From positions 30,641 through 94,640 of IMG/VR virus record IMGVR_UViG_3300020460_001010: 64,000 bases of DNA, one strand, 5' to 3'. The notes below the pieces were generated by a model. The model ran no database searches. It was not told where the DNA came from and saw only the letters and a program-made list of their open reading frames with translations. Shown one piece after another: positions 29,329-40,640 of this stretch. The position numbers and the translations under genes are program-made. Every line of letters starts with the position of its first letter. Position 1 is the stretch's first letter. Source of the stretch: a virus (lineage: Duplodnaviria; Caudoviricetes).

Positions 29329-32300
29329 ATGCCACCGGACCAGGATGAATCTGAAAATGAGAATATTCAACAACTTATTGATATTCTCAAAAAGCATAAT
29401 GCGGACTTGTATCAAAGTTTGATAAAGTCAGTTGGTGCAACTGATGCAAACTTGATATCGTTTATAAAGGAATATAAGCGAAAACAGAAAAATCAAAAGG
29501 CAGATTTAGGTGATATATTGAAGGCAACTAAAGGTGTAAATAAACACCTTGAAAAAGATTTAGATTCTTTTGTTGATAGTTTTCTGAACTATGTTGATAA
29601 ACAAAAGGATGCAAATTCTAAAGTCATATCATCAACCGAAAGTATAAGTGCATCGTTGTCAAAGGAAATATCAAAGATAGATTCTGGAGTCGGAGGACTT
29701 GCGAAGTCCACAAATTCTGCTTTAATAAAGATGCAAAGTTTGATGGCAAACTTGGCGAAAGAATATACTGCGATGTCTAGAGCATCTGCACACGTAATTA
29801 AGACCGCAACATTGGATGGGACGAAAGTCGGAGGAAAAAGTGAACCTGGTGGTTCGTTGGTTGCGGTGTCAAATATATCGGAACTTGCCAGTGGAGTTGC
29901 AACTGCAACTTCATCTGTAAATGACTTATCTGCCGAATATGATAGTCACGAAGCAACTGCAACACAGGCTAAAGAAATCACACTGACAAATCGGAATGCG
30001 GCCGCAGAAACTCTAGGGGCTGCACAGGCAGACCAAATGTCAGCAACGGCAACCGCAGATTCGGAGGGAAATTATATTGATATGCAGAAATCTGTCGAAG
30101 TTCTTAAAGACGGACATAAAACTGCAATGCAGTATATGACTGACGGAACAAGTCATCTTGCAAGAAATATTGATATGGCGTCGGACATGGCACTGCACCA
30201 ACAGAAGAAGTTTGCTTCGGAAAGTGCCAACGCAGGAGCCAACACTGGAATCACATCTGAGGATTGGTTGGGTGCTGTCACAACTACGAATGATGTTGAT
30301 TTGTCTGGGCTGGAAGAACTTGCGAACAAACGAACAGATATTGCCAGACAAATGCAGGAATCGGCAGAAAAAGGTACACTCAGTGACGATTTGCCTGGAA
30401 TTGCAGACGATTATGTTGCAGATCTGCAAAAACAAAGTTCGGCTGCACGGGAATATCTGGATGCTCGTCGTGACGACATTGCAGACTATAGAAGTGAGGT
30501 TGAAGAACTTGGTGCGGAGCATACCGATTTAACCAAACGCATGGTGAATATGGATAAAACATCGGATGAGTATAAAAATGCAGCCGAGGAAGCACAACTC
30601 CTACAGGACACAATGGAGGGTCTTAACCGAGAAATCGGAAACTATGAAGCAGTTGGTCAAATTTCTGTTACACTTGATGCGAATCTAAAGGGAATGGAGA
30701 CAATTGAACAGGCAAGAAATAATTTGGAACAATTTGAAAGTCAGGCAAACGGATTTAAAATCCAACAAGGTGCATTTGAAAATCTCAAGGGACTTCTCAC
30801 CACAATTCAACGTGGAACACGGAAGGTGTCTAACAAGGAACTTGCATCTGCATATAAAGATGCAGGAATGCAGAATATGCCGGAGTACGATCAGGCTGTA
30901 CAAAATCCGATTGGTCTTGCAAGTTTGCCGGAAAATTATCATAAACTTACCGATGATCTGAACAGACGACAACAAGAAGCATATCAAAATCAACAGGCCG
31001 CATTGGCAGATGCCGAGAAGATTCATGGTGAGATAGCATCCGTAAATTCGACAAACATTGGTTATGCGAACCGGATGGTTAAAAGACAAGAGGAACAGAA
31101 TGATTTGGCAGAAGAGGCTTTGGGACTTGCTCAGAAAACTCAGGAAATTGCTCTTGAGGCAACGGGGACCGGAGTTTGGTCAGATTCCATAATAAAGCAG
31201 ACCGATGCATTTCACGATAAAATGCTCGACATTGTAGGTAAAGTTCCATTATTGGGTACGGCTATGAGATCTGCATTGGAAGAACCGATGAAGAAATCTA
31301 AAGAGAAAATGCAGGACATAGTTGTCCAAGGCATCGGGGGAATCTCCTCAAAAATTGCAGAATTGCACAAACAGAATGGTAAAGATGGCATTCTTGGTCC
31401 AGTAAGTGCATCGGAAAAATTCGGCATAATTAAAGATGGTTTCAAGGACATGGGAAAGCAAATCACAGGACTTACCAGTATGTTTGCCAATTTGTTTTCA
31501 CCTGCCATCATAGGTGCAGGTATATTATTTGTTCTGATCGGCCTTGCCATTTCTCGGTTTCTTGAACTGGACAAAGCTGCCGAAGACTTTAGACGTGAAG
31601 TTGGACTTGGTCGTGATCAGACTGCGGAAATTGAGGATATTGCCAGGAATGTAAATGTTGAATTCCAAAAGTTTGGGATAAGTCTGGAACACGCATTTCA
31701 CGCAGCCAGTGCGTTGACTAATCAGTTTGGAACACTTGTAATGGCAACTAGAGAAAATGTTGAAATGGTTGCACTCCTTGCAGAGAATCATGCGGTATCA
31801 ACTGCAAACGCTGCGGGTGCGTTGGATGTGTTATCAAGAGTTGGAGACGGAACTGCGGAGTCGGCAAGAAGTGCAATGCACCTTGCAACTGGAATGGCAA
31901 AGGCTGCCGGTGTACCTTTGGATAAGGTTATGGAAGATGTTGCAGGAGCAAGTGATGAAACTCTTGCATTGATACGAGGAAGTACAAAAGAATTGATACA
32001 CGCATCTGTTGAAGCACGTAGACTTGGTGTATCCCTTGAAACATTAAGTGGGGCTGCATCTCATATGCTTGATTTTGAATCGAGTATTAGAAGTGAAATG
32101 GAGGCATCGGTTTTTGCAGGACGTCATTTAAGTTTCGCAAAGTCAAGACAACTTGCTTTTGAGGGTGACATTGTAGGAATGCAAAAAGCATCGTTGGAAA
32201 CAATAAAACAGGCAGGTGAATGGACGGAACTGAGTTATTTCCAACAAAAGAAACTTGCAGAGGCAGCCGGTATGACTGTGGGTGAAATCGGAACACAACT

Positions 32301-35300
32301 TACCCGTGAAAAGCAACTTGAAGCATTAAAGCATGGAACGGCCGAACAACAGAAAATGTATAATCGGTATATGCAAATGCAGAGTGATCTGCAAGATGGC
32401 AATAATAAGTCTTTGGAGCAACAGGGTGAGGAGATGATCAAGCAAGAGTTGATGCAGAGCAAGATGAATGAACTTAAAGACCGATTCAGAGCAATTATGA
32501 CCGAACTGGGTGAAAAACTATTGCCACTTGTTGAGGTAGGTTTTTCATTGATAGTACCAATTGTACAGGTTCTATTTGAAACTGCAAAATTGATACTGAT
32601 GCCGTTCACTGTGTTGTCTGATATAGTTAGAGCATTGACAGGAGATTTTAGTGGTCTTGGTGAAAGATTTGGAAGTTTTGGGGATATTGCATATACTGCA
32701 CTTGGACTTATTATTGGTTCTGTTGTTCTTCTAAATACTAAGTTACTTGGATTGGGTCCATTGATAGGAAAAGTCGGAACAGGTATTTCAGGAATGTTCA
32801 CAGGTGGTAAAGAGGCCCTTGCAGGCCTAACAAAGGGACTTGGTGACTTTTTTAATGGAGGAGAAACCGGCGCAACTTCACTTGGATCGAAAATGAGAAC
32901 TATGTTTGATGGATTATCAAAGAAGGTAACCGGAATGTTCAGTTCAGACGATGCGGTCAAAGGTGCAACGAAAAAGGCAAAAGATAAAATAAAGAGTACG
33001 GTTGCAGACAAAGCAAAAGATGTTGCCGAGGATGTTGCACAGGAAAAGGTAACGGACTCGATTTCATCTGGAACCCGTGGTGGATCGGATGTATCAAAGA
33101 ATTCCATGCCTGATGTAGACACAGATAAAGGTGGTAAGGGTGTAACAAGTTTTGCTGAAAAATTTAATTCAATTGATATGAAAAAAATCCTACAAGGTGC
33201 GGCCGCATTATTGGTTTTATCGGGTGCATTGTGGGTATCTGCAAAAGCATTTCAAGAATTTGGTAAAGTTACATGGGATGGTGTATTAAAGGGCACGGCT
33301 GCACTTGGAGTTTTGGTGGGTGGACTTTATGCAATTGGAAAGGTAATGGATCAAAATGCAGATAAAATTCTAAAAGGTTCACTTGCAATCGCTGCAATAG
33401 GGGCGGCTTTATTGCCAGCTGCTTATGCATTTGATATGTTCGGTGATGTCAACTGGGGTGGTTTATTATTTGGTATTACTGCATTGGGTGCGTTTACTGT
33501 TGCAATCATGGCCATCGGTGCAATTATGAAGAGTGGTGTTGGAGCAGTTGCTTTATTGGCAGGTGCGGCCGCAATTGCAGTTCTTGGTGTAGCACTTGTT
33601 CCTGCGGCTTATGCAATGGATATAATGTCCGGTGCGTTCGCAACATTTACAGATGCGTTAAATACTTTAGAGTGGGAATCAATTGCAAAGGTAATTGCAT
33701 TGCAAGTTGCATTTGCGGGCATAGGAATACTTGCTCCTGCGATTTTAATTGGTGCGGGTGCGGCTATGGCTCTTGGTGCAGCCGTTGGTATATTGGCAGT
33801 GGGTGCGTGGGTTTTGTCGGATGCAATTGATACACTTGGTCCGGCAATAGTATCACTCGGTGACAGTGCAGGTAGTTTAATTGCATTTGCAGGAGCAGTT
33901 TCGTTAATAGGTCTTATGGCTCCATTAGTGCTTCTTGGTGCAGCTGCACTTGGTGTATTGGGAATCGCAATGATTCCAGTTGCAGCTGCAAGTATATTGG
34001 TTGGTGCTGGATTTAGTTTGATGGCAAATGCAGTTTCAGAACTTGATAGTGTTAATTTGGTTGGACTTGTGTTTGAACTTGGACTTGCGTTTGGATTGCT
34101 TGGGTTAATGGCCCCTGCAATTGCTTTAGGAGCAGTGGCAATGGGAATAATGACAGTTGCTCTGATACCATTCTCGGCCGCATTGTTGGTTGCCGGTGCA
34201 GGTATGGCATTGTTTGGTATGGGATTGGAGATGACGATGGATTCACTTAAAGATGCACCCGAAGCAGCCTTGGGATTGATTGCATTTGTTGGTGCGGTGT
34301 CAATGATAGCATTGCTTGCTCCGTTGGTGATAGTTGGTGCAGTGGCACTTGGAATACTTGGAATTGGTCTTGCACTCCTTGCCGTTCCATTGCTTGTTGT
34401 TTCTGCGGCCATGTGGGTACTTGGTTCTGCTATGAAGTTGATGGGGGATGCGATTGAATCGATGGCAGAGTCGGGTGCTATTGGAATGATTTTTGGATTA
34501 GGTGCGGCTTTTATATTTTTGGCAACAATTTTACCTGCGGTAATACTGGGTGCGTTGTCCATGTGGATAATGACTGCGGCTTTACTTCCATTGTCAGTTG
34601 CATTGTTTACTGCTGGTCTTGGAATGAAAATGTTAGTTGATGGTCTAAATTCATTGGAGAGTTCTGGAGACAAAGTTAAAGAATTGACTGCGGTGATGTA
34701 TGAACTTGGGTCTAATGTGTTAGTCTTTGTTTTGGCGGCCGCCGGACTCTATATCATAGGATCTGCATTGCTCTTCTTTGGTATTGCGGCTTCAATTGCA
34801 TCAGTGGGTGTTGCTCTTATGGGGGCTGCGTTGACTGTATTACAAGAACCAATGCTTGCTATAATGGATGGTTTGGTAAGTGTTATCGATAGTTTGACCG
34901 GCCTGGGTGAAGTTGGTCCCGGATTGATATCGGCCGCAGTTGGAGCATTTATGCTTGCAGGTGCAATATTAGTTCTCGGTGCAGCCATGGCTTCATATGG
35001 CATAATGAGTATGTTCTTTGCTGAAAATGATCCAATTGAACAATTTATTAGGTTGGGCAAAGTTGGTCCTGAAATCGAGGCGGTGGGAAATGCACTTGGG
35101 GTATTTGCAAGTGCAGCTGACGGTATTGGTGAAATGGGGGATTCCCTTGAGGGGATTGCGGATGGACTTGATGTCATTTTTGAGGTAATGAGTGGTGTTC
35201 CTGATACTATGGGTTCAACGATGGCAATGGTTGGTCAAGGTATGAAAGACTTACTATCTGCATTTGGTCCAGAGTTTTTGGCATTCTCGGTTGTTGCAGA

Positions 35301-38300
35301 CTTGGAAGATCCGTTGGAAGGTTTGGGTGACGGAATAGAAGCAATGTTTGATTCACTGGAGGATGTGGATATATCAATCGCACCCAACTTTTCAATAATT
35401 GGGGAGGGTATGAACTCTTTACTAGGTGCGTTTTCTGGTGGTGTATTGCTTGAATTGAATGAGGATGTGGAGGATATACTAGAGGGTCTAGGTTATGGTA
35501 TTGGTGAATTCTTTGAGGGTCTTGAAGATGTAGACCCGGCAATTGTTCCAGTGCTGGGTGCGATAGGACCAAGCATCTCTCAATTGTTGGTTTCACTTGG
35601 AACAGAAGGACTTGCCGAGTTTGATACGGACTTGGAGGATGTGTTTGAGGGACTTGGTGATGGAGTTACAGAGTTTATGAGTTCCATTGAAGGATTTGAT
35701 GCTGATCAAATACTTGCAATGTCTGGAGTCGGTGATGCAATTGCTAGGATTTTGGAGGGCATAGGTAGTGTTGGTGAGATTGACTTTGATGCGGATGATT
35801 TCGGGGATGTATTGGAATCTGTTGGTGAAGGTGTTGAATCATTGTTTGAACCTATGCGTGGTATGGATGATGATTTACTTGAAGCTGCAAGAAGTGTGGG
35901 TGGGGTATTATCTGGACTTTTTAGTAATCTCGGAACAATTGGAGAAGTGGGTGACGATTGGGATGATGTGTTTGAAGGATTTGGTGAGGGTGTTGAAGCA
36001 ATGTTTGACGAATTGAACGATATAGACCGAAAAGATTTAAAAATTGCCGTATTGGTTGGGGATGTTATGGCGGAGTTATTTTCTGCATTTGAGGGAATAA
36101 ATCTTACTGAAGACCTTGGTGATGCCGTGGAGACGTTGGGAGAGGGAATTTATGAATTGTTTGATGAGATTGAGGAAGTGGATGAGGAAGCAATGGACAT
36201 GGCATCAAGTGTAGGTCGTGCGGTTTCTAGGTTGTTTAATAATTTACCACTAGACGCAATGTCTAAGATAAATCCAGAAACCATAGGAGACCAACTTAAT
36301 GAGTTGGGATATGGTATCTATGAACTGTTTTATGAAATGGATGTAACTGACTTTGAAGAGGACTTGGAGTTGATGTCTAAGGTGGGACTTTCGATACAGA
36401 ATGTTGTACTTCCTATAATAAACACCGACTTGTCTGCAATACCGAAAGATGTTGGTTCTATTCTAAATGATTTGGGTGCGGGAATATATGATCTATTTGA
36501 TGAGATGGACGACTTGGGTGGTGAGGAGGAAACTTTAGATCTAATGAGTGGTATGGGAGGATTTGGCCAAATGCTTTCTGGAGTGGCTGCGATTTCGGAC
36601 ACAGGAGTAGATATGACTGCATTAAGTGAGATAGCAGATTCAATGAGAATGATAATCACTTCAATCTCGGAGATTTATGAAGAAATTGAGGATGAGGAGG
36701 ACTCGGCATTCTCGGGTATGTGGAATACGGCATCGGAGGGCAAGTCGCAGGACGCAATCGGGAAACTGGTGGAACGGATGCGAGGTCTCGGCGAGGGAGC
36801 CCGTGCGTTGATAGATGGATTTGGAGATTTGGACTTATTGAAAGAACTTGCTTCTATGAATGTAGGTGAGTTGATATCAGGAATAACAACTGGAATGTTA
36901 GGGTTGGTCCAACTGGTTAATCCTGAAACATTTGGTAGAGAGTTTGAAACAGAGGACGAGGCCTCGGATTATTTTGCACACCTTTCGGTACGGATGTCAT
37001 TGCTAGGTAAGGGTGTACAAAGTATAATTCAAGCATTTTCGGATTTGAACATATTGAGTGGGTTGGGTGAAATGGATTTGGATGGCATTATGTGGGATAT
37101 GCAATACGGCATCAGAAAGATGATGGACTTGGTTGACGTGTCCAGTTGGTGGAGTGATGAATCGGAAGAAGATGCAACCAAACGATTTGATGAAATGTCA
37201 AAACGAATGAAGTTTCTCGGAGAGGGAATGCAGAGCATTATTGGTGCGTTCTCCGACGTTGATACATTGAGTGCATTGGGAGAAATTGATTTTGATGGTA
37301 TTATGTCGGATATGCAATATGGGATAAAGTCTATGATGCGACTAACCGAGTGGGGTTGGTATGTTGGTGATGAGGAAGAGGAAACCGATTATTATGCTCA
37401 AATTTCACAAAGAATGAAGAGTCTCGGAGAGGGAATGCAGAGCATTATTGGTGCGTTCTCCGACGTTGATACGTTGAGTGCATTGGGAGAAATTGATTTC
37501 GAGGGTGTTATGGAGGATATGCGATGGGGTATAAAGTCTATGATGCGACTAACCGAGTGGGGTTGGTATGTCGGTGACGAGGAAGAAGAAACTGATTATT
37601 ATGCTCAAATTTCACAGAGAATGCAGAGTCTCGGAGAGGGGATGCAGAGCATTATTGGTGCGTTCTCCGACATTGATACCTTAAATACATTGAATAACAT
37701 TGATTTTGAGGGTATTATGGAAGATATGCAATATGGGATAAAGTCCATGATGCGACTGGCCGAATGGGGTTGGTATGTTGGTGATGAACAAGAGGAAACT
37801 GATTACTATGCTCAGATGTCAGAGAGAATGAAAAGTTTGGGAGAGGGAGTCGGAAGTATCATTGATGCATTTTCCGACATAGATACTTTGAGTGCTTTGG
37901 GTGATATTGACTTGGATGACATTATGGTTGATATGAAATATGGAATTAAGGGAATGATGCAACTAACCGAATGGGGTTGGTATGTTGGTGATGAACAAGA
38001 GGAAACTGATTACTATGCTCAAATGTCAGAGAGAATGAAAAGTTTGGGTGAAGGAGTTGGAAGCATTGTCGGTGCGTTCTCCGACATTGATACTATGAGT
38101 ACATTGAATGACATTGATTTTGATGGTGTTATGGCGGATATGAAATATGGGGTCAGGAAGATGATGGACTTGGTTGATGTAGGGACTTGGTGGTGGAGAC
38201 CTACGAAAGACGAAGATATAACCAAACGATTTGATGAATTGTCAAAACGAATGAAGGCTCTTGGAGAGGGTGTTGGAAGTATTATCGGTGGATTCTCCAA

Positions 38301-38919
38301 TATAAGTTCAATTGGTGATGTGGATGTTGAAGATGTAATGGAAGGAATGTCGGCAGGTATTGAAGAAATTATGGATACGATGAGTGACATAGACGAATCG
38401 GCATTATCAAAATTTGTAAAATTAGGTGAGGCATTGGCGACCATATCAATCTCAGGGACAGGAATTGATGTTGCATTTAATGGACTCAAGTCAATTGCAT
38501 CTCAAGAATTTGTGGATGGTCTATCCCGTGCAACCAGTGCGATATATGATTTTGCATACGCACTGCTTGCACTTAATAATGTAGATGATGTGGATGGAAT
38601 TATACAAGGTGAACCAACCACACCGACAAGTGGTATATTTGACGATGAGTCTAGTACAGGTACGGCAGATTTCGACCAACTTGCAAGGTATTCGGGAGGA
38701 GCATTTGGTAGAAGTGCTGGTGAGTCAAACACACCACTTGTTGTGGAGACATTGGCAAGCGTTGGTCAGTCCGGTGGATCGACCGATATGACGAATGTGG
38801 AGGCAAAGTTGGGTGAACTTATAGGTTTAATGAAATCTGGGGGTATTGCGGTTAATCTTGATGGTAGGAAGGTGCATAAGGGTCTTGCATCCTCAGTCGA
38901 ATCAAGTCCAATTTCATAG
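29329..38919 (+). CDS. tape measure protein (3196 aa)
   Basis: Position after tube and chaperone; coiled-coil N-terminus, long Ala/Gly/Leu hydrophobic block, acidic repeats, C-terminal VNLDGRKV. Confidence 0.88.
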   Translation: MPPDQDESENENIQQLIDILKKHNADLYQSLIKSVGATDANLISFIKEYKRKQKNQKADLGDILKATKGVNKHLEKDLDSFVDSFLNYVDKQKDANSKVISSTESISASLSKEISKIDSGVGGLAKSTNSALIKMQSLMANLAKEYTAMSRASAHVIKTATLDGTKVGGKSEPGGSLVAVSNISELASGVATATSSVNDLSAEYDSHEATATQAKEITLTNRNAAAETLGAAQADQMSATATADSEGNYIDMQKSVEVLKDGHKTAMQYMTDGTSHLARNIDMASDMALHQQKKFASESANAGANTGITSEDWLGAVTTTNDVDLSGLEELANKRTDIARQMQESAEKGTLSDDLPGIADDYVADLQKQSSAAREYLDARRDDIADYRSEVEELGAEHTDLTKRMVNMDKTSDEYKNAAEEAQLLQDTMEGLNREIGNYEAVGQISVTLDANLKGMETIEQARNNLEQFESQANGFKIQQGAFENLKGLLTTIQRGTRKVSNKELASAYKDAGMQNMPEYDQAVQNPIGLASLPENYHKLTDDLNRRQQEAYQNQQAALADAEKIHGEIASVNSTNIGYANRMVKRQEEQNDLAEEALGLAQKTQEIALEATGTGVWSDSIIKQTDAFHDKMLDIVGKVPLLGTAMRSALEEPMKKSKEKMQDIVVQGIGGISSKIAELHKQNGKDGILGPVSASEKFGIIKDGFKDMGKQITGLTSMFANLFSPAIIGAGILFVLIGLAISRFLELDKAAEDFRREVGLGRDQTAEIEDIARNVNVEFQKFGISLEHAFHAASALTNQFGTLVMATRENVEMVALLAENHAVSTANAAGALDVLSRVGDGTAESARSAMHLATGMAKAAGVPLDKVMEDVAGASDETLALIRGSTKELIHASVEARRLGVSLETLSGAASHMLDFESSIRSEMEASVFAGRHLSFAKSRQLAFEGDIVGMQKASLETIKQAGEWTELSYFQQKKLAEAAGMTVGEIGTQLTREKQLEALKHGTAEQQKMYNRYMQMQSDLQDGNNKSLEQQGEEMIKQELMQSKMNELKDRFRAIMTELGEKLLPLVEVGFSLIVPIVQVLFETAKLILMPFTVLSDIVRALTGDFSGLGERFGSFGDIAYTALGLIIGSVVLLNTKLLGLGPLIGKVGTGISGMFTGGKEALAGLTKGLGDFFNGGETGATSLGSKMRTMFDGLSKKVTGMFSSDDAVKGATKKAKDKIKSTVADKAKDVAEDVAQEKVTDSISSGTRGGSDVSKNSMPDVDTDKGGKGVTSFAEKFNSIDMKKILQGAAALLVLSGALWVSAKAFQEFGKVTWDGVLKGTAALGVLVGGLYAIGKVMDQNADKILKGSLAIAAIGAALLPAAYAFDMFGDVNWGGLLFGITALGAFTVAIMAIGAIMKSGVGAVALLAGAAAIAVLGVALVPAAYAMDIMSGAFATFTDALNTLEWESIAKVIALQVAFAGIGILAPAILIGAGAAMALGAAVGILAVGAWVLSDAIDTLGPAIVSLGDSAGSLIAFAGAVSLIGLMAPLVLLGAAALGVLGIAMIPVAAASILVGAGFSLMANAVSELDSVNLVGLVFELGLAFGLLGLMAPAIALGAVAMGIMTVALIPFSAALLVAGAGMALFGMGLEMTMDSLKDAPEAALGLIAFVGAVSMIALLAPLVIVGAVALGILGIGLALLAVPLLVVSAAMWVLGSAMKLMGDAIESMAESGAIGMIFGLGAAFIFLATILPAVILGALSMWIMTAALLPLSVALFTAGLGMKMLVDGLNSLESSGDKVKELTAVMYELGSNVLVFVLAAAGLYIIGSALLFFGIAASIASVGVALMGAALTVLQEPMLAIMDGLVSVIDSLTGLGEVGPGLISAAVGAFMLAGAILVLGAAMASYGIMSMFFAENDPIEQFIRLGKVGPEIEAVGNALGVFASAADGIGEMGDSLEGIADGLDVIFEVMSGVPDTMGSTMAMVGQGMKDLLSAFGPEFLAFSVVADLEDPLEGLGDGIEAMFDSLEDVDISIAPNFSIIGEGMNSLLGAFSGGVLLELNEDVEDILEGLGYGIGEFFEGLEDVDPAIVPVLGAIGPSISQLLVSLGTEGLAEFDTDLEDVFEGLGDGVTEFMSSIEGFDADQILAMSGVGDAIARILEGIGSVGEIDFDADDFGDVLESVGEGVESLFEPMRGMDDDLLEAARSVGGVLSGLFSNLGTIGEVGDDWDDVFEGFGEGVEAMFDELNDIDRKDLKIAVLVGDVMAELFSAFEGINLTEDLGDAVETLGEGIYELFDEIEEVDEEAMDMASSVGRAVSRLFNNLPLDAMSKINPETIGDQLNELGYGIYELFYEMDVTDFEEDLELMSKVGLSIQNVVLPIINTDLSAIPKDVGSILNDLGAGIYDLFDEMDDLGGEEETLDLMSGMGGFGQMLSGVAAISDTGVDMTALSEIADSMRMIITSISEIYEEIEDEEDSAFSGMWNTASEGKSQDAIGKLVERMRGLGEGARALIDGFGDLDLLKELASMNVGELISGITTGMLGLVQLVNPETFGREFETEDEASDYFAHLSVRMSLLGKGVQSIIQAFSDLNILSGLGEMDLDGIMWDMQYGIRKMMDLVDVSSWWSDESEEDATKRFDEMSKRMKFLGEGMQSIIGAFSDVDTLSALGEIDFDGIMSDMQYGIKSMMRLTEWGWYVGDEEEETDYYAQISQRMKSLGEGMQSIIGAFSDVDTLSALGEIDFEGVMEDMRWGIKSMMRLTEWGWYVGDEEEETDYYAQISQRMQSLGEGMQSIIGAFSDIDTLNTLNNIDFEGIMEDMQYGIKSMMRLAEWGWYVGDEQEETDYYAQMSERMKSLGEGVGSIIDAFSDIDTLSALGDIDLDDIMVDMKYGIKGMMQLTEWGWYVGDEQEETDYYAQMSERMKSLGEGVGSIVGAFSDIDTMSTLNDIDFDGVMADMKYGVRKMMDLVDVGTWWWRPTKDEDITKRFDELSKRMKALGEGVGSIIGGFSNISSIGDVDVEDVMEGMSAGIEEIMDTMSDIDESALSKFVKLGEALATISISGTGIDVAFNGLKSIASQEFVDGLSRATSAIYDFAYALLALNNVDDVDGIIQGEPTTPTSGIFDDESSTGTADFDQLARYSGGAFGRSAGESNTPLVVETLASVGQSGGSTDMTNVEAKLGELIGLMKSGGIAVNLDGRKVHKGLASSVESSPIS
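36787..38300 (+). repeat. tandem 207-216-nt (69-72 aa) repeats in the tape measure gene
   Basis: LG(E/K)G unit starts at 36787, 37003, 37216, 37423, 37630, 37837, 38044 and 38260. The four central units share EWGWYVGDE(E/Q)EETDYYAQ. Confidence 0.92.
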
Positions 38920-38954
38920 ATTGATAAAAACCCCATTGCCGAATATTTATATAT

Positions 38955-40628
38955 ATGGCATTATTTAGTGAAGACAGTGCAAAAGATCCGTTTGGATTTC
39001 TTGGTTTAAAACGACAACCACCAAATACCCACAATATACATGGAACGTCGGGTGGGTCAAGTGTAGGTAATGACATACAATCACAGACACCATCTCCCAA
39101 ACCAGACATATCCGACCAACCTGGATTAAATCAAATACGACGTCATTCCATTAAATCAGAGGGAAAGTCCAGGGGATACCTTGGGGATAAACTTGAACAA
39201 AATAAAGCACAGGTATATAAAAGTCCAGGTGACCCCACATCCACATCAACAAATTCCAACGTTGGACTTGCATTGGATCAACGACGTGATGTACCGGATA
39301 ACTGGTATGCCGGAGGTCCGTCAAAAGAATATGATAAAAAATATGATATAGAAAAAAAGTTTGATGACGTGAAACTAGTACCACAACATCGCAGATCACC
39401 TGCGAATGCGGAACTTGGTAAGGCTGCTAACGACCTCCTTGAGTTTAAAAAAAATTACAATTCTGTATTAAGTAGATTGGATGTGAAAACCGAACCAGGG
39501 GTTCTGAATAATATAAAGTCATCTGAGGTGTTAACAACATTGGCAACCGGCCGGAGTTCTGCGTTTGGAATGGAAAACCTGATGCATCCACCTCAATTCG
39601 TGGATGGTAAGTGGAAAAAAAGTGAAAATGCCAAAACGGATACTTACTACGAGGCAATGTCACAGACATACAACAAACAATATACTAACAACTCGGAACA
39701 TTTAGATAAAAAGAAAATACCAGACTACTCCAAAGACGAACAATCCCTCCGAATTGATGGATACAATACAAAGACGGTAGAACCTAATAATGTTACAAAC
39801 CAGTGGAAATATAGAAATGAAGATTTAATTCCACTATACTTTCACGATCTTGTTAACAAAAAATTCATACCGTTTAGATCATTTATTAATTCACTTTCGG
39901 AAGGGTCAAATGCAACATGGTCGGAGGTGCAATATTTGGGAAGAGCAGATAAGGTGTATATATATTCAGGATTCACCCGCACTATGACAATTGACTTCAC
40001 ATGTCAAGCATTCAGTATTGAGGAGTTACATCCAATGTGGCAACGAATTAATTATTTGGTTGGATTAACAAAACCAGCAGGATATACATCAGATGTTTCT
40101 TTATCGGCAATGGATTCGTTTATAATACCTCCGTTTGTTAAGTTTAGATTGGGTGATATGTACCGAAACCAACCGGTGATTATAACGGATGTATCAACCA
40201 CTGTACCAACTGAAGCTTCCTGGGAATTAGTTTCAAATGAACATGGTAAGGAAAATAACTATGATTATTTAAATGGTTCGATTGTTAGAAACAACTCAAG
40301 GTCTGCTCAATATCCAACGATGGTTACGATGGGAGTTTCTATGACATTACTTGAAAAACGTGCACCCCAAACGATTGCTAGACATTTTGGAGACTCTACG
40401 GTGGAGAGTGTACATGATACCGAAGATAATTCATTGCCAAGAGGTGACTTTAATCATCAATTGACACATTATGATGTGCAGAAACCAATTGATCCGTCAT
40501 TGGCAGAATTGCCGAATCCAAATGCTACGAACGAAGCGGCAACTGATTCGGATAGAAAGGCACCTGGTGAGGATGCACTTGGAACATTCAATAGACTGAA
40601 GTCCAAGTATGAAACTCTTGCAGAGTAG
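38955..40628 (+). CDS. baseplate tail-tube initiator-like protein (gp48/gp54/CIS-tube-like C-terminal domain)
   Basis: IPFRSFI, WSEVQYLGRADKVYIYSGFTR and PPFVKFRLGD; directly after the tape measure gene. Confidence 0.6.
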   Translation: MALFSEDSAKDPFGFLGLKRQPPNTHNIHGTSGGSSVGNDIQSQTPSPKPDISDQPGLNQIRRHSIKSEGKSRGYLGDKLEQNKAQVYKSPGDPTSTSTNSNVGLALDQRRDVPDNWYAGGPSKEYDKKYDIEKKFDDVKLVPQHRRSPANAELGKAANDLLEFKKNYNSVLSRLDVKTEPGVLNNIKSSEVLTTLATGRSSAFGMENLMHPPQFVDGKWKKSENAKTDTYYEAMSQTYNKQYTNNSEHLDKKKIPDYSKDEQSLRIDGYNTKTVEPNNVTNQWKYRNEDLIPLYFHDLVNKKFIPFRSFINSLSEGSNATWSEVQYLGRADKVYIYSGFTRTMTIDFTCQAFSIEELHPMWQRINYLVGLTKPAGYTSDVSLSAMDSFIIPPFVKFRLGDMYRNQPVIITDVSTTVPTEASWELVSNEHGKENNYDYLNGSIVRNNSRSAQYPTMVTMGVSMTLLEKRAPQTIARHFGDSTVESVHDTEDNSLPRGDFNHQLTHYDVQKPIDPSLAELPNPNATNEAATDSDRKAPGEDALGTFNRLKSKYETLAE

Positions 40629-40640
40629 AGATATTTTGAT

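Noticed and set aside
32235-35177. Long minus-strand ORFs (295, 354 and 142 aa) inside the tape measure gene
   Set aside because: They mirror Ala/Gly/Leu-rich codons, giving Pro/Asn/Ile/Ala-rich sequence with no expression signals.
36787-38300. TMP repeats as a CRISPR array or DGR template/variable pair
   Set aside because: They are in-frame coding units with no unique spacers, differences are not adenine-specific, and no cas or reverse transcriptase gene is in the window.
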